Of a DNA stretch of 64,000 nt, positions 40,501 to 47,968 are shown one piece after another. The stretch's first letter is position 1. Every line of letters starts with the position of its first letter. Position numbers and translations under genes: made by a program. Origin of the DNA: Bacteroidota bacterium (lineage in GTDB: Bacteria; Bacteroidota; Bacteroidia; 2-12-FULL-35-15); NCBI GenBank assembly GCA_023251805.1, contig JAHEYB010000002.1, positions 35,038-99,037 on the forward strand. Reading direction: 5' to 3'. A model generated the notes under the pieces. It made no database searches. It was not told the DNA's origin and saw only the letters and a program-made list of their open reading frames with translations.

Positions 40501-42083
40501 AATAAATTTGCATTTGTGGTAGACAGTCCAATTCGGTATGCTTGGGAAATTTGTAGTCCGTTGCTCAGATCCGTCCATGCAGTTCCACTTGTGGTGGTTC
40601 TAAAAAATCCTCCATCGCAACCGGCAAAAATGGTTGTTCCGCTACCCGGTAAAAATTCAATTGCGTGAATATCGGCATGGACGTATGGAGCACCTGAACC
40701 TGTCCATTCAGCATTTAAAGTCCAACTGGTTCCACCATTTGTAGAGCGCCAAATATTAACTCCACCAACCATTACCTGGTCGGCAACTAAAGGAGAAACC
40801 GCAAGCGCTAAGTCGTACCATCCTTGTCCACCAGCAGTTGCGCCAGTTGCAGAATAACCTAAAATATTTGGAGTAGTAGAACGAGTTGTAAAAGTGGCAC
40901 CATTATCTGTTGAACGATATAACCCTTGGTATCCGTAGGCTGTATTTGCTGCTAATACATAAACATAAGCTGAGTTTGCAGCAGTAACAGCAACCGATAA
41001 ACGAGAAACAGATGCAGCAGCAGGCAAGCCCGTAGATGTGGTTGCAAAAGTGGTTCCGCCATTTGTTGATTTGTAAAACAATGTGGTAGAAGTAGCATAA
41101 ACTGTTGTGGTATCTGTTGGTCGAAATTCAATGTCTTTGATGTTAGCAACAGCCGTTGCGATTTGTGTCCAAGCCGCTCCAGCATTACGTGAGCGATACA
41201 CGCCATTGCTTGTTGCTGCAAAAATAGTGTTTGGATTTTGAGGGTTAATTAATAATCGGCTAATGGTTCTTCCTTGTGTTACCAGCCACGATAAGCCTGT
41301 TGGCAACCAGGTGGTTCCCCCATCAGTAGTTTTTAATACTCCGATTGAATACGTATCTTGGGCTTCGCCATCACCGGTAGCCAAATACTGAATCAATGGA
41401 TTTGTAGGGTGTATAGCAATATCGGTTGTTCCAATAACGGCCAAGGCATCTGTTCCTGTTGTCCAAGTAACGCCACTATTCGTAGATTTCCACAATCCAC
41501 CGCCTGGGGAGCCACAATAATAGGTAGTAGAAACAAGTGGGTCGAAGCGGATAAAATTTACACGGCCAGCACCGCCACCACCCGAAGGGATAGAGGTTGT
41601 GGGACCAATTAAAGTCCAGTTTGCTGCCATCACGGTGGGTGTTCCCGGACCAGCAGCTCTGGTTCCACTAGCAGCACCTGAATAAAAATTATCAAGATAT
41701 TCGTTCCAGGCGTTAATCATTACAGAACGGTCTCCTGAGGGATATAAACGAGGAGTCATATAGCTTTCCCAACGCTTATAAATCTCCCACCCGCCTGCTA
41801 ATTCTTCTTCTTCTTTTTCGCCAGGCAATAAAGTTGAACCACCTTTAACCGGAAGCAATGGCGTTTTTAGTTTCGCCATTTTTTTCTCCATTTCCTTCCG
41901 CTCACGGGCTTCTTCTTTCCTGTGTTTCTTTTCTGTGTTCTTATAGTAGTCGTTAAACGACTTTTGAACATCATAAAAGTTTACTGTGGGATCTTGCATT
42001 TTTTCAACCCATGTTTGGGAATGGGCTGTTTTTACTGATACTGTAAGAGCAAGAGTTAAAGAAAAAAGTATTAATTTTTTCAT
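34572..42083 (-). CDS. 2503-aa T9SS cargo: VPS10/GH74-like BNR beta-propellers, PKD, tandem Ig-like repeats, type A CTD
   Basis: Signal peptide; many S-x-N/D-x-G-x-TW boxes, HADIHA, GGDGM, AATFGRSIW; PKD; 81-aa repeats; C-terminal IYPNPNDG...GVYTISL...KKIIVY. Confidence 0.9.
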   Translation of the reverse strand: MKKLILFSLTLALTVSVKTAHSQTWVEKMQDPTVNFYDVQKSFNDYYKNTEKKHRKEEARERKEMEKKMAKLKTPLLPVKGGSTLLPGEKEEEELAGGWEIYKRWESYMTPRLYPSGDRSVMINAWNEYLDNFYSGAASGTRAAGPGTPTVMAANWTLIGPTTSIPSGGGGAGRVNFIRFDPLVSTTYYCGSPGGGLWKSTNSGVTWTTGTDALAVIGTTDIAIHPTNPLIQYLATGDGEAQDTYSIGVLKTTDGGTTWLPTGLSWLVTQGRTISRLLINPQNPNTIFAATSNGVYRSRNAGAAWTQIATAVANIKDIEFRPTDTTTVYATSTTLFYKSTNGGTTFATTSTGLPAAASVSRLSVAVTAANSAYVYVLAANTAYGYQGLYRSTDNGATFTTRSTTPNILGYSATGATAGGQGWYDLALAVSPLVADQVMVGGVNIWRSTNGGTSWTLNAEWTGSGAPYVHADIHAIEFLPGSGTTIFAGCDGGFFRTTTSGTAWTDLSNGLQISQAYRIGLSTTNANLLNTGWQDNGTARWTGTAAWTRPLGGDGMECLIDWSNANIQYGELYYGDIRKTTTAGNYTTTIVSSGGAAGTVNEDGDWVTPYCEAPTNAATLFVGKSQVFKSTNSGATWAQVGTISGGTGSLIAIANAASNINYIYAAKINRFYACTTGAAFVDRTAGLPTASASISYIAIDPLNANRVWVTFSGYSAANKVWYSADAGVTWSNYSTGLPNLPANCIVYQGSSVNDPLYVGTDVGVYYRDNTSGSWAAYNTGLPNVSVRELEIQYTASKLRAATFGRSIWQSDLASPGTSPPVADFTANRTNICVGDCINFTDISSGSPTSWSWTFTGGTPATSTLQNPTNICYNTAGTYQVVLTATNINGSDGETKVGYITVSSPIALPLVEGFQATFIPPGWQLINPDADFAWTQSTACGGFGASTQSASMDNLTPATSTAGYLDEMITPKYNFTGVSTANMTFDVAYCRYDATYFDSLIVFVSTNCGATWARVYAKGSTVLATAPDNNSTVFVPTAAQWRTENVSMTPYAGQANVMVKFQNKSGWGQMLYLDNINITGTGAPVASVVIAQTAGTNPMCAGASATFTATPTNGGSAPTYQWYINGVPVGGATSPIYTTTTLANGNIVTCVMTSNLPGVTGSPATSNAITMTVNALPATPTATNTGPYCVGGTIALSTPTVAGATYAWTGPSAYSSALQNPTIASATTAMAGTYSVTITVGGCTSLPGTTTVVVNALPATPTATNTGPYCVGATITLATPTVAGATYAWTGPSAFASALQNPTRPGATVAMAGTYSVTITVGGCTSLVGTTTVVVNALPATPTATNTGPYCVGATISLATPTVAGATYSWTGPSAFASALQNPTRPGATVAMAGTYSVTITVGGCTSLVGTTTVVVNSPPATPTATNTGPYCVGGTIALSTPTVAGATYAWTGPSAYSSALQNPTIASATTAMAGTYSVTITVGGCTSAAGTTTVVVNALPATPTATNTGPYCVGATITLATPTVAGATYAWTGPSAFASALQNPTRPGATVAMAGTYSVTITVGGCTSLVGTTTVVVNALPATPTATNTGPYCVGATISLATPTVAGATYAWTGPLAYSSALQNPTIASSTLAMAGTYSVTITVGGCTSLVGTTTVVVSSPPATPTATNTGPYCVGATISLATPTVAGATYAWTGPLAYSSAVQNPTIASSTLAMAGTYSVTITVGGCTSAAGTTSVVVNALPATPTATNTGPYCVGATISLATPTVAGATYAWTGPLAYSSALQNPTIASATTAMAGTYSVTITVGGCTSLVGTTTVVVNSAPATPTVGSSTPDCVGQTISLTSNTIAGATYSWTGPSGFTSALEDPTIASATLAMAGTYSLTVTVGGCTSAVATTTVVVNALPATPVPSINGSTTPAAICAGGTITLTTPNLGGGYTYSWTGPNSYAAGVRNPPALTSVTTVMGGTYSLTVTNGGCTSLAGTVTIVVNPIPAAPTAGSNSPVCTGSTILLTSNTVAGATYSWTGPSAFASALEDPSRPGATAAMAGTYSVTVTVAGCTSPVGTTVVVVSGSVVPTNAIVASPSGAICAGTSVTFTATAGGGGTTPTYQWQVNGANVGTGGTTYTSSTLTNGQIVTCILTSSSPCASPTTATSNAITMVVNPIVVPSVSIVASPSGAICVGTSVTFTATPTNGGTTPTYQWQLNGTNVGTGGTTYTSTTLVNGDIVTCIMTSNATCPSTPTATSNAITITVNPTLVPAVSIVAAPSGAICSGTSVTFTATPTNGGTTPTYQWQVNGANVGTGGTTYTTTTLANGDVVTCILTSNATCASPLTATSTGITMVVTPTPPTPTISLSGSTLTSSSATGNQWYLNGTPIAGETNQTYVFTANGTYTVVVTIGGCSSAASAPEVITTTGMDQTSNPYLLSIYPNPNDGNFNVSFNVSVKGTYTLELTNALGQLIFKDEVNDFSGQYTKQLSVVDYGKGVYTISLTNEKHEVVKKIIVY
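36627..38570 (-). repeat. Eight near-identical 243-bp intragenic tandem repeats
   Basis: PATPTATNTGPYCVG occurs 8 times at 81-aa spacing; shadow ORFs recur every 243 nt. Confidence 0.95.
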
Positions 42084-42211
42084 TTGTTAGGGGTTTAGAG
42101 AGATATTAATAAACGAACATAATGTATAATTTTCAGAAAAACAAGCATTTGGAGCCCTTTTAGATAAATCCCCGTTTTGCATCGGTCAATTGTCTTTAGG
42201 CGCTACTAATA

Positions 42212-42239
42212 AGATGGTAATTTGTCTTAACAAGTTGCA
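42212..42239 (-). promoter_or_regulatory. Putative ECF sigma promoter TGCAAC-N17-CATCT
   Basis: Same hexamer, pentamer and spacing as upstream of the ECF gene (60702-60729). Confidence 0.55.
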
Positions 42240-42482
42240 TATTAGAGCAAAAGAAAAAGAAAAAAAATTAGACGCAAAGCTCAAAAAGCCTTTTCGCCCT
42301 CCTGCGCAAAAAAACTACTTTAACAATCGTATGTTGATTACTTTATAACATCCGAATAAAACACCCGTTTTTGTTTTATAGTTTTATGCCGAAACTAAAC
42401 CGCTTTTCTTTAAGTATAACCCTATAGGTAATATTGAAAATGTATAGTTTGTCGAATATCAACCTATAAAATCGTTCTGTTT

Positions 42483-43814
42483 ATGGTGAAAGAGAAAAAA
42501 ATTTTCGTTCTTGATACGTCTGTAATTATCTACGACCACATGGCCGCCAAAAGTTTTAAGGAGCATGACGTGGTAATTCCAATAACTGTTTTAGAGGAGT
42601 TGGATAATTTTAAGAAGGGTAACGACACCAAAAATTATGCAGCACGAGAATTCACTAGATACATTGATAAAATATCAAATGGTATCATTCTCCAAGACTG
42701 GATAAACATTAATGGCAAAGGCCATGGAATGATAAAAATAGAAATGCATCAGGATTCCAAAACCGATGCAGAAAGAGTTTTTGGTGAACGAAAAGCGGAC
42801 CATCGGATTTTAAATACTGCATTGTATGTTTCAGAAAAACATCCAAACAGAAAGGTGGTAATGGTTACCAAAGATATTAATCTTCGCATTAAGGCAAAAT
42901 CACTAGGATTAAATGCAGAAGATTATGAGACCGGAAAAATTAAAGATGTTAACGAACAACTTTATACCGGCAGAAGTGAAATTCAAAAAGTTGCAACCGA
43001 AGTAATCAATGAAATTTATGAAAAAGGATTTTGTGAGCCTTCTGTTTTATTAAAAAAACAGAAACCAACTTCCAATCATTTTTATGTTTTAAAAAACGGA
43101 ACAAAATCGGTTCTTGCTTCTTATAATCCAAGTAAAGATTCATTAGAAAGAGTAAAAAAAGTAACTGCATTTGGAGTAAACCCTCGAAATGCCGAACAAG
43201 CTTTTGCCTTGGATGCAATCATGAATCCAGATATAAAATTGGTTTCTATTCAAGGTGTTGCCGGAACAGGGAAAACATTGTTATCATTGGCAGGAGCGCT
43301 GGAACAGCGCAGAACATTTCATCAAATTTATTTAGCGCGACCAATTGTTCCATTAAGCAATAAAGATATTGGTTATTTACCGGGCGATATTAAATCGAAG
43401 TTAAATCCATATATGGAACCACTTTGGGATAATTTAAAATTTATCAAAAATCAGTTTAACGAAAAAGATAAAGAGTACAAACAAATTACCGAAATGGTGG
43501 AGCATGAAAAATTGGTTGTTTGTCCGCTTGCCTATATTCGTGGAAGAAGTTTATCCGATGTTTTTTTCATTGTAGATGAAGCACAAAATTTAACTCCACA
43601 CGAGGTGAAAACAATTATTTCGCGTGCCGGAGAAAACACAAAAATGATTTTTACGGGTGACATTCATCAAATTGACACTCCATATTTGGATACACAAAGT
43701 AATGGCTTGTCGTACTTAATTGATAAATTAAAAAACCAATCGTTGTATGCGCACATTACATTAGAAAAAGGAGAACGTTCAGAATTAGCGAACTTGGCGA
43801 ACGAGTATTTGTAG
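42483..43814 (+). CDS. PhoH family protein with N-terminal PIN domain (PhoH2-like)
   Basis: FVLDTSV...EELD...DHRIL...TKDINLR (PIN); GVAGTGKT, GYLPGD, YIRGRS, DEAQN. Confidence 0.95.
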   Translation: MVKEKKIFVLDTSVIIYDHMAAKSFKEHDVVIPITVLEELDNFKKGNDTKNYAAREFTRYIDKISNGIILQDWININGKGHGMIKIEMHQDSKTDAERVFGERKADHRILNTALYVSEKHPNRKVVMVTKDINLRIKAKSLGLNAEDYETGKIKDVNEQLYTGRSEIQKVATEVINEIYEKGFCEPSVLLKKQKPTSNHFYVLKNGTKSVLASYNPSKDSLERVKKVTAFGVNPRNAEQAFALDAIMNPDIKLVSIQGVAGTGKTLLSLAGALEQRRTFHQIYLARPIVPLSNKDIGYLPGDIKSKLNPYMEPLWDNLKFIKNQFNEKDKEYKQITEMVEHEKLVVCPLAYIRGRSLSDVFFIVDEAQNLTPHEVKTIISRAGENTKMIFTGDIHQIDTPYLDTQSNGLSYLIDKLKNQSLYAHITLEKGERSELANLANEYL

Positions 43815-43817
43815 ACC

Positions 43818-43865
43818 ACCTCATCCGTCCGCCAATGGCGGACACCTTCTCCAAAGGAGAAGGGA
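43818..43865. repeat. Double-hairpin REP-like element
   Basis: CCTCATCC-GTCCGCCAATGGCGGAC-A-CCTTCTCCAAAGGAGAAGG. Confidence 0.65.
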
Positions 43866-43890
43866 TGTTTTCAAAAATATATTTAGCGTT

Positions 43891-43940
43891 ATAAAACCAA
43901 AAACGTCAAGAGTGAAACCTCTTGACGTTTTTGGTTTTAT
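43891..43940. terminator. Bidirectional terminator, 22-bp perfect stem
   Basis: ATAAAACCAAAAACGTCAAGAG-tgaaac-CTCTTGACGTTTTTGGTTTTAT between convergent genes. Confidence 0.88.
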
Positions 43941-43952
43941 GCCTGTAAATTT

Positions 43953-45032
43953 TTATTCTACAATTATGACTTTTTTAGTTTCTGTTCCTTCAGAAGAAGA
44001 GATGGTGAAGAAATAGTTTCCTGCTGAAAGCCCTGATTTATCAAAGCTTAATTTGTGCTCTCCTTTTGACTGATTTTCGTTTACAAGTGTTTTTACAACC
44101 TGTCCCGTTACATCAAACAATTCAATTTTCACATTTCCTTCGATAAAGTTTTCGTATTTTATCTCTGCTGATTTTGAAACCGGGTTTGGGGAAACTGAGA
44201 AATTAAATTTGTTCTTTTTTGATTCATCAATAGCTGTAGCGCTTCCAAAATAGTGATAGGTTGTGTTGTTCAAAGCTCCGGAGTTTGTATTTCCTAATGT
44301 ATCTGTCAATGTATTATAAAAAATTTCAGCCGGATTGCTTAGTCCCGTTACCACAGTTGTAGGACTAGTGAATGTGCTGGTAAATCGAGTAATTTTATTT
44401 CCTGTCCAAGAAGAGATATAATAATTCCCTGCTAGGTCTTGCGTAATTCCATCACAATTTCCCAATGTTGAGGTGATGATTGTTGTGATAGCTCCGGTAG
44501 TAATGTCCATCGCTTTAATTGGAGCGCTCGCACCCCAACCAACAAATACGCAGCGGTTGTTTGGTCCATCATAAATAATTCCATTTGGCGAAGAGGTTCC
44601 GCCTGTTGCGGTTACAAATGCACTAAAAGCACGTGTTGCAATGTTGATACGATAAATTTTCTTGGCACTAAAATCTGTTGAGTACAAATAGGTATTGTCG
44701 TGAGTAAGTCCGTTTAAAAATGTAGCGCCCATCGTAATTGTTCCAATTGCGGCAGCCGTATTTAAATTAAAGAGTTTAATATTTCCCCCTGCATTAACAT
44801 ACAATGTATCGTTCACGATTTCTATTCCATGCGGACCACCTGTACAAACAGCGAATACAGTTACAGCTCCGGTTACGCTGCTTCTTGCCAAAATATTATT
44901 TCCTGAATTGTTTGCTATCAACCAACGATTATTTGCATAATCAAATTCGATGCTTTCAGGACTATTGTAGGCCTGAGAAAATGCTGTTACAGAAAACAGT
45001 GTGGCAAATAAAAATGTGAATAGATTTTTCAT
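43953..45032 (-). CDS. SMP-30/gluconolactonase-like beta-propeller with T9SS type A CTD
   Basis: SPESI, FLNGL, SPNGI, CDGI blades; VSPNPV...GNYFFTI...KKVIIVE. Confidence 0.82.
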   Translation of the reverse strand: MKNLFTFLFATLFSVTAFSQAYNSPESIEFDYANNRWLIANNSGNNILARSSVTGAVTVFAVCTGGPHGIEIVNDTLYVNAGGNIKLFNLNTAAAIGTITMGATFLNGLTHDNTYLYSTDFSAKKIYRINIATRAFSAFVTATGGTSSPNGIIYDGPNNRCVFVGWGASAPIKAMDITTGAITTIITSTLGNCDGITQDLAGNYYISSWTGNKITRFTSTFTSPTTVVTGLSNPAEIFYNTLTDTLGNTNSGALNNTTYHYFGSATAIDESKKNKFNFSVSPNPVSKSAEIKYENFIEGNVKIELFDVTGQVVKTLVNENQSKGEHKLSFDKSGLSAGNYFFTISSSEGTETKKVIIVE

Positions 45033-45040
45033 TGTTGGTT

Positions 45041-45253
45041 TTAGCTTTTAGTTATTTTTTCGAGTTCCATTCCACAAACCGAGCATTGCCCTGGCTTGTC
45101 ATATATTTCTTCGGTACACTTCATTGGGCATTGGTATTGCTCCTTAGCAACTTCTGCAGGGACAACTTGTTTTTTTTCTTCGCCTCCACAAGCAATTATG
45201 CCTGAAATGGTAAAAGTCCCTAAAACAAAGAATAGCAGGGTGATTTTTTTCAT
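45041..45253 (-). CDS. Heavy-metal-binding domain lipoprotein
   Basis: Lipobox IIAC; YQCPMKC...PGQCSVCGMEL. Confidence 0.82.
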   Translation of the reverse strand: MKKITLLFFVLGTFTISGIIACGGEEKKQVVPAEVAKEQYQCPMKCTEEIYDKPGQCSVCGMELEKITKS

Positions 45254-45374
45254 TTGTTTAAAAATAAAATGATTAATTATTGACTAAATTACATAATTTT
45301 ATGAGGGAATGAAAAAAAATTGAAACTAATAATTATATTTGTCGTTAACATACATTCAAAATCTTTTGTTGCTG

Positions 45375-45644
45375 ATGAAAAAATTGATCTTTTTACTTTT
45401 GTTGTTTTTCGGAATAAGTGCTGCTGGATATTCTCAAGCAGCTGGAAAAGGTGGTGCAGAAAAGGGTTCGGAATCGAAAGTAAAACCTCGTGGACAAATG
45501 CGACACTTTGAGAGAAGAAAGCGCGACCCGAAAATGAGGCATAATGGAACTGCTTACAAAAAGAAAAAGCAAGAATATAAAGTAGATGGGGATGGATTTA
45601 GCAACACCCCAGGAAAAGGAAAAAGAAGAAAAAAGAAAGCTTAA
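45375..45644 (+). CDS. Small basic secreted hypothetical protein
   Basis: MKKLIFLLLLFFGISAAGYSQ signal; Lys/Arg-rich; TATATTTG -7 box at 45334-45341; terminator follows. Confidence 0.7.
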   Translation: MKKLIFLLLLFFGISAAGYSQAAGKGGAEKGSESKVKPRGQMRHFERRKRDPKMRHNGTAYKKKKQEYKVDGDGFSNTPGKGKRRKKKA

Positions 45645-45649
45645 ACATA

Positions 45650-45680
45650 AAAAAGCCCCCCGAGGACTCGGGGGCTTTTT
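45650..45680. terminator. Bidirectional terminator
   Basis: AAAAAGCCCCCCGAG-ga-CTCGGGGGCTTTTT. Confidence 0.85.
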
Positions 45681-45683
45681 CTT

Positions 45684-46430
45684 TTATTGAATAGCAAACT
45701 CTGCGTTGATGGTGTAGTTAAGTTTAATTGTTTTATCCCCGATTGTGTTTCCGGCTTCTCCTCCCAAATTCATTACACCTGGTGTTGAGGCAGCATACTG
45801 AGAAATGCTATTGCTATAGTAATTGTTTTCTCTTCCATTATCGTAAACCCCATCATTAACCGTAACAAAACCTGTAAATTCTGTTACGCTTACTGCCTTG
45901 CCAGCTTTTTCCCCAATAGCTTCCAATAAATAATTTGCTTTTTCTTTTGCGACTTTTATTGCGTCTATTTTGATTTGTTTTTTGTACTCGTCCATCTTGC
46001 TATGTGAATATTTACTCACATTTGCTTTGCTTATTCCCAATGAATCCATCACAGAATATAACATATAAACTTGTTGTGATTTTTTAAATTTTACATCGTA
46101 GCTTTTAGTAATCACTTCGTCTTTGTTTTTTCGTTTCATGCTTAAAACATAGGCACTCATATTGTCCATCTTAATGTCTTTCTTATCGGTTGTAGTGACC
46201 TTTTCTATGTAGTTGACCAAATTTTTTTCCAGCTCTTCAATGGTCATTTTCTTTTTTTCTTTATTAGTATATTCTCTAAGTGTAACCGACATATAAATTT
46301 CATCGGGAACAATTTCCATTTCTGCAGTGCCAATTACTTTAATGGTGTGCTCATTTTTTGTGTCTTGTGCTTTTATTGTAAAAGCAAGTGCAAAAATTGC
46401 TGTCAAGAGCAGGGCTAGTTTTTTCATCAT
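45684..46430 (-). CDS. SIMPL (DUF541) domain protein
   Basis: IKVIGTAEMEIVPD, AIKVAKEKANYL; signal peptide. Confidence 0.88.
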   Translation of the reverse strand: MMKKLALLLTAIFALAFTIKAQDTKNEHTIKVIGTAEMEIVPDEIYMSVTLREYTNKEKKKMTIEELEKNLVNYIEKVTTTDKKDIKMDNMSAYVLSMKRKNKDEVITKSYDVKFKKSQQVYMLYSVMDSLGISKANVSKYSHSKMDEYKKQIKIDAIKVAKEKANYLLEAIGEKAGKAVSVTEFTGFVTVNDGVYDNGRENNYYSNSISQYAASTPGVMNLGGEAGNTIGDKTIKLNYTINAEFAIQ

Positions 46431-46472
46431 TTTAGTTTTTTAGTTTATATTTTTCTATCGCTAAAGAGTGGC

Positions 46473-47267
46473 TTATTTCCAAAGTTCAACGTTAATGTGC
46501 GACTCTAAATTGTTTTCAAGCTGATCAGGAAGCGCGGGGAAAAAGTTAATTTGTGTTAAACGTTCTACCGAATCAACTGTAACAGCAAAATCAAAAATAC
46601 TCCGCTTGCTACCTTCGTTGGGCATTACAAATGCAATTGCTTTTTGTTCTTTCCCTTTTACATCAAAAACAATTTTATAATAATAGTTGGGAACCGCTAC
46701 TTTGTTTTTTTCTCCTATAGTTTTTAGGCCTTTTTCTAATACTCCTGCTGTAACAATATATAACTCTTCTTCTTTTTTTGCCCAGTCGCGCACTTGCGAT
46801 TCCAAAGTTTTCCAGATGCCACGGTTGAATTTTGGCTCTTGTGGACTCATATTGCTCATATAAAAAGATTCGCTCATCGCAATTTCACTCCAAGCCATAT
46901 CACCAGCCGGACAGAGGTGTCCACGATCGTAACCCGATTTTTTATAGTCTTCCGGTGTGGCTGAACCTGTCTTTATTGCAAGGTCTTCTCTGAAATCGTT
47001 TGTCCTTTCTTCACCATTGCCATCGCACATTTTCGCAGTTAAACGATAAGCCACCCATTTGGCTTGTTCATATTTTTCATCGTAACAAATAGTATAACCT
47101 AAGTGTTTAATCACTTGTTCTTTCTTCTTAAATTTTGGATAAAAGTTTTTTGAAAAATTTTTGATGCTATCTCCAGGTTGTTTCTTGACAATTCTTTTAG
47201 GTTCATTATTAAATCCCACCAAGGAACTTATTATCAACAAAGGAAATATTACTCTTAAAAACAGCAT
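46473..47267 (-). CDS. DNA/RNA non-specific endonuclease (NucA/EndoG family)
   Basis: WVAY, YDRGHLCPA, SNMSPQ, FNRGIW..LE. Confidence 0.94.
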   Translation of the reverse strand: MLFLRVIFPLLIISSLVGFNNEPKRIVKKQPGDSIKNFSKNFYPKFKKKEQVIKHLGYTICYDEKYEQAKWVAYRLTAKMCDGNGEERTNDFREDLAIKTGSATPEDYKKSGYDRGHLCPAGDMAWSEIAMSESFYMSNMSPQEPKFNRGIWKTLESQVRDWAKKEEELYIVTAGVLEKGLKTIGEKNKVAVPNYYYKIVFDVKGKEQKAIAFVMPNEGSKRSIFDFAVTVDSVERLTQINFFPALPDQLENNLESHINVELWK

Positions 47268-47308
47268 ATCTTTACTGGGTATAATTTCGCATTAAAGATA
47301 GAATAATA

Positions 47309-47803
47309 ATGAAAACGCTTTACCTCATTCGTCATGCAAAATCGGATTGGTCAATTGAGCATTTAACTGACATTGATCGCCCATTAAACGAAAGGGGATA
47401 CAACGATGCGCAAAAAATGAGTTCTGTTTTAAAAGAAAAAGCAATTGTCCCCGATTTAATAATAAGCAGTCCGGCCATCAGAGCCATTTCAACGGCTCTT
47501 ATTTTTTGCAGAAGTTTAAATTATGATCCAAAGAAAATTTTAATTAATAAATTTTTGTATGACACTTCTGTGAAAGATTATTTGGCTTGTATTTCTAAAA
47601 CAGATAATAAGCATCAAATCATTTTTTTATTTGGTCATAATCCCACTATTACGAATACTGCCAACACGCTTACAGCTTCTGTAACAGAAGAAATGTCGAC
47701 TTGCTGCATTGCAGGAATAAAATCTGAACAAAAAGAGTGGGCAGATTTTAACAAAGAAAACAATGAATTAATTTATTTTGATTTTCCTAAAAACCACCCA
47801 TAA
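47309..47803 (+). CDS. sixA: Histidine phosphatase, SixA-like
   Basis: LIRHAKS, DRPLNERG, SSPAIRA, FGHNP. Confidence 0.88.
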   Translation: MKTLYLIRHAKSDWSIEHLTDIDRPLNERGYNDAQKMSSVLKEKAIVPDLIISSPAIRAISTALIFCRSLNYDPKKILINKFLYDTSVKDYLACISKTDNKHQIIFLFGHNPTITNTANTLTASVTEEMSTCCIAGIKSEQKEWADFNKENNELIYFDFPKNHP

Positions 47804-47968
47804 TGTTGGTCACTTAGCAGTTACGGTTTACAAATCGACCAAAAAAGAAGATAAAAAAGCAAAAAAATAATTTCGTAATTTTAGGCTAGAATTATATAAA
47901 CAAACTCCTCCCCCTTTATTATGAAACCTGAAGGACGAATGAAGGGAAAGGTGTTGAAGGTGTGACGT

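Noticed and set aside
42483..47267. PIN-PhoH and non-specific nuclease as a defence or toxin system
   Set aside because: Both are common housekeeping-type genes, not adjacent, with no antitoxin or defence partners.
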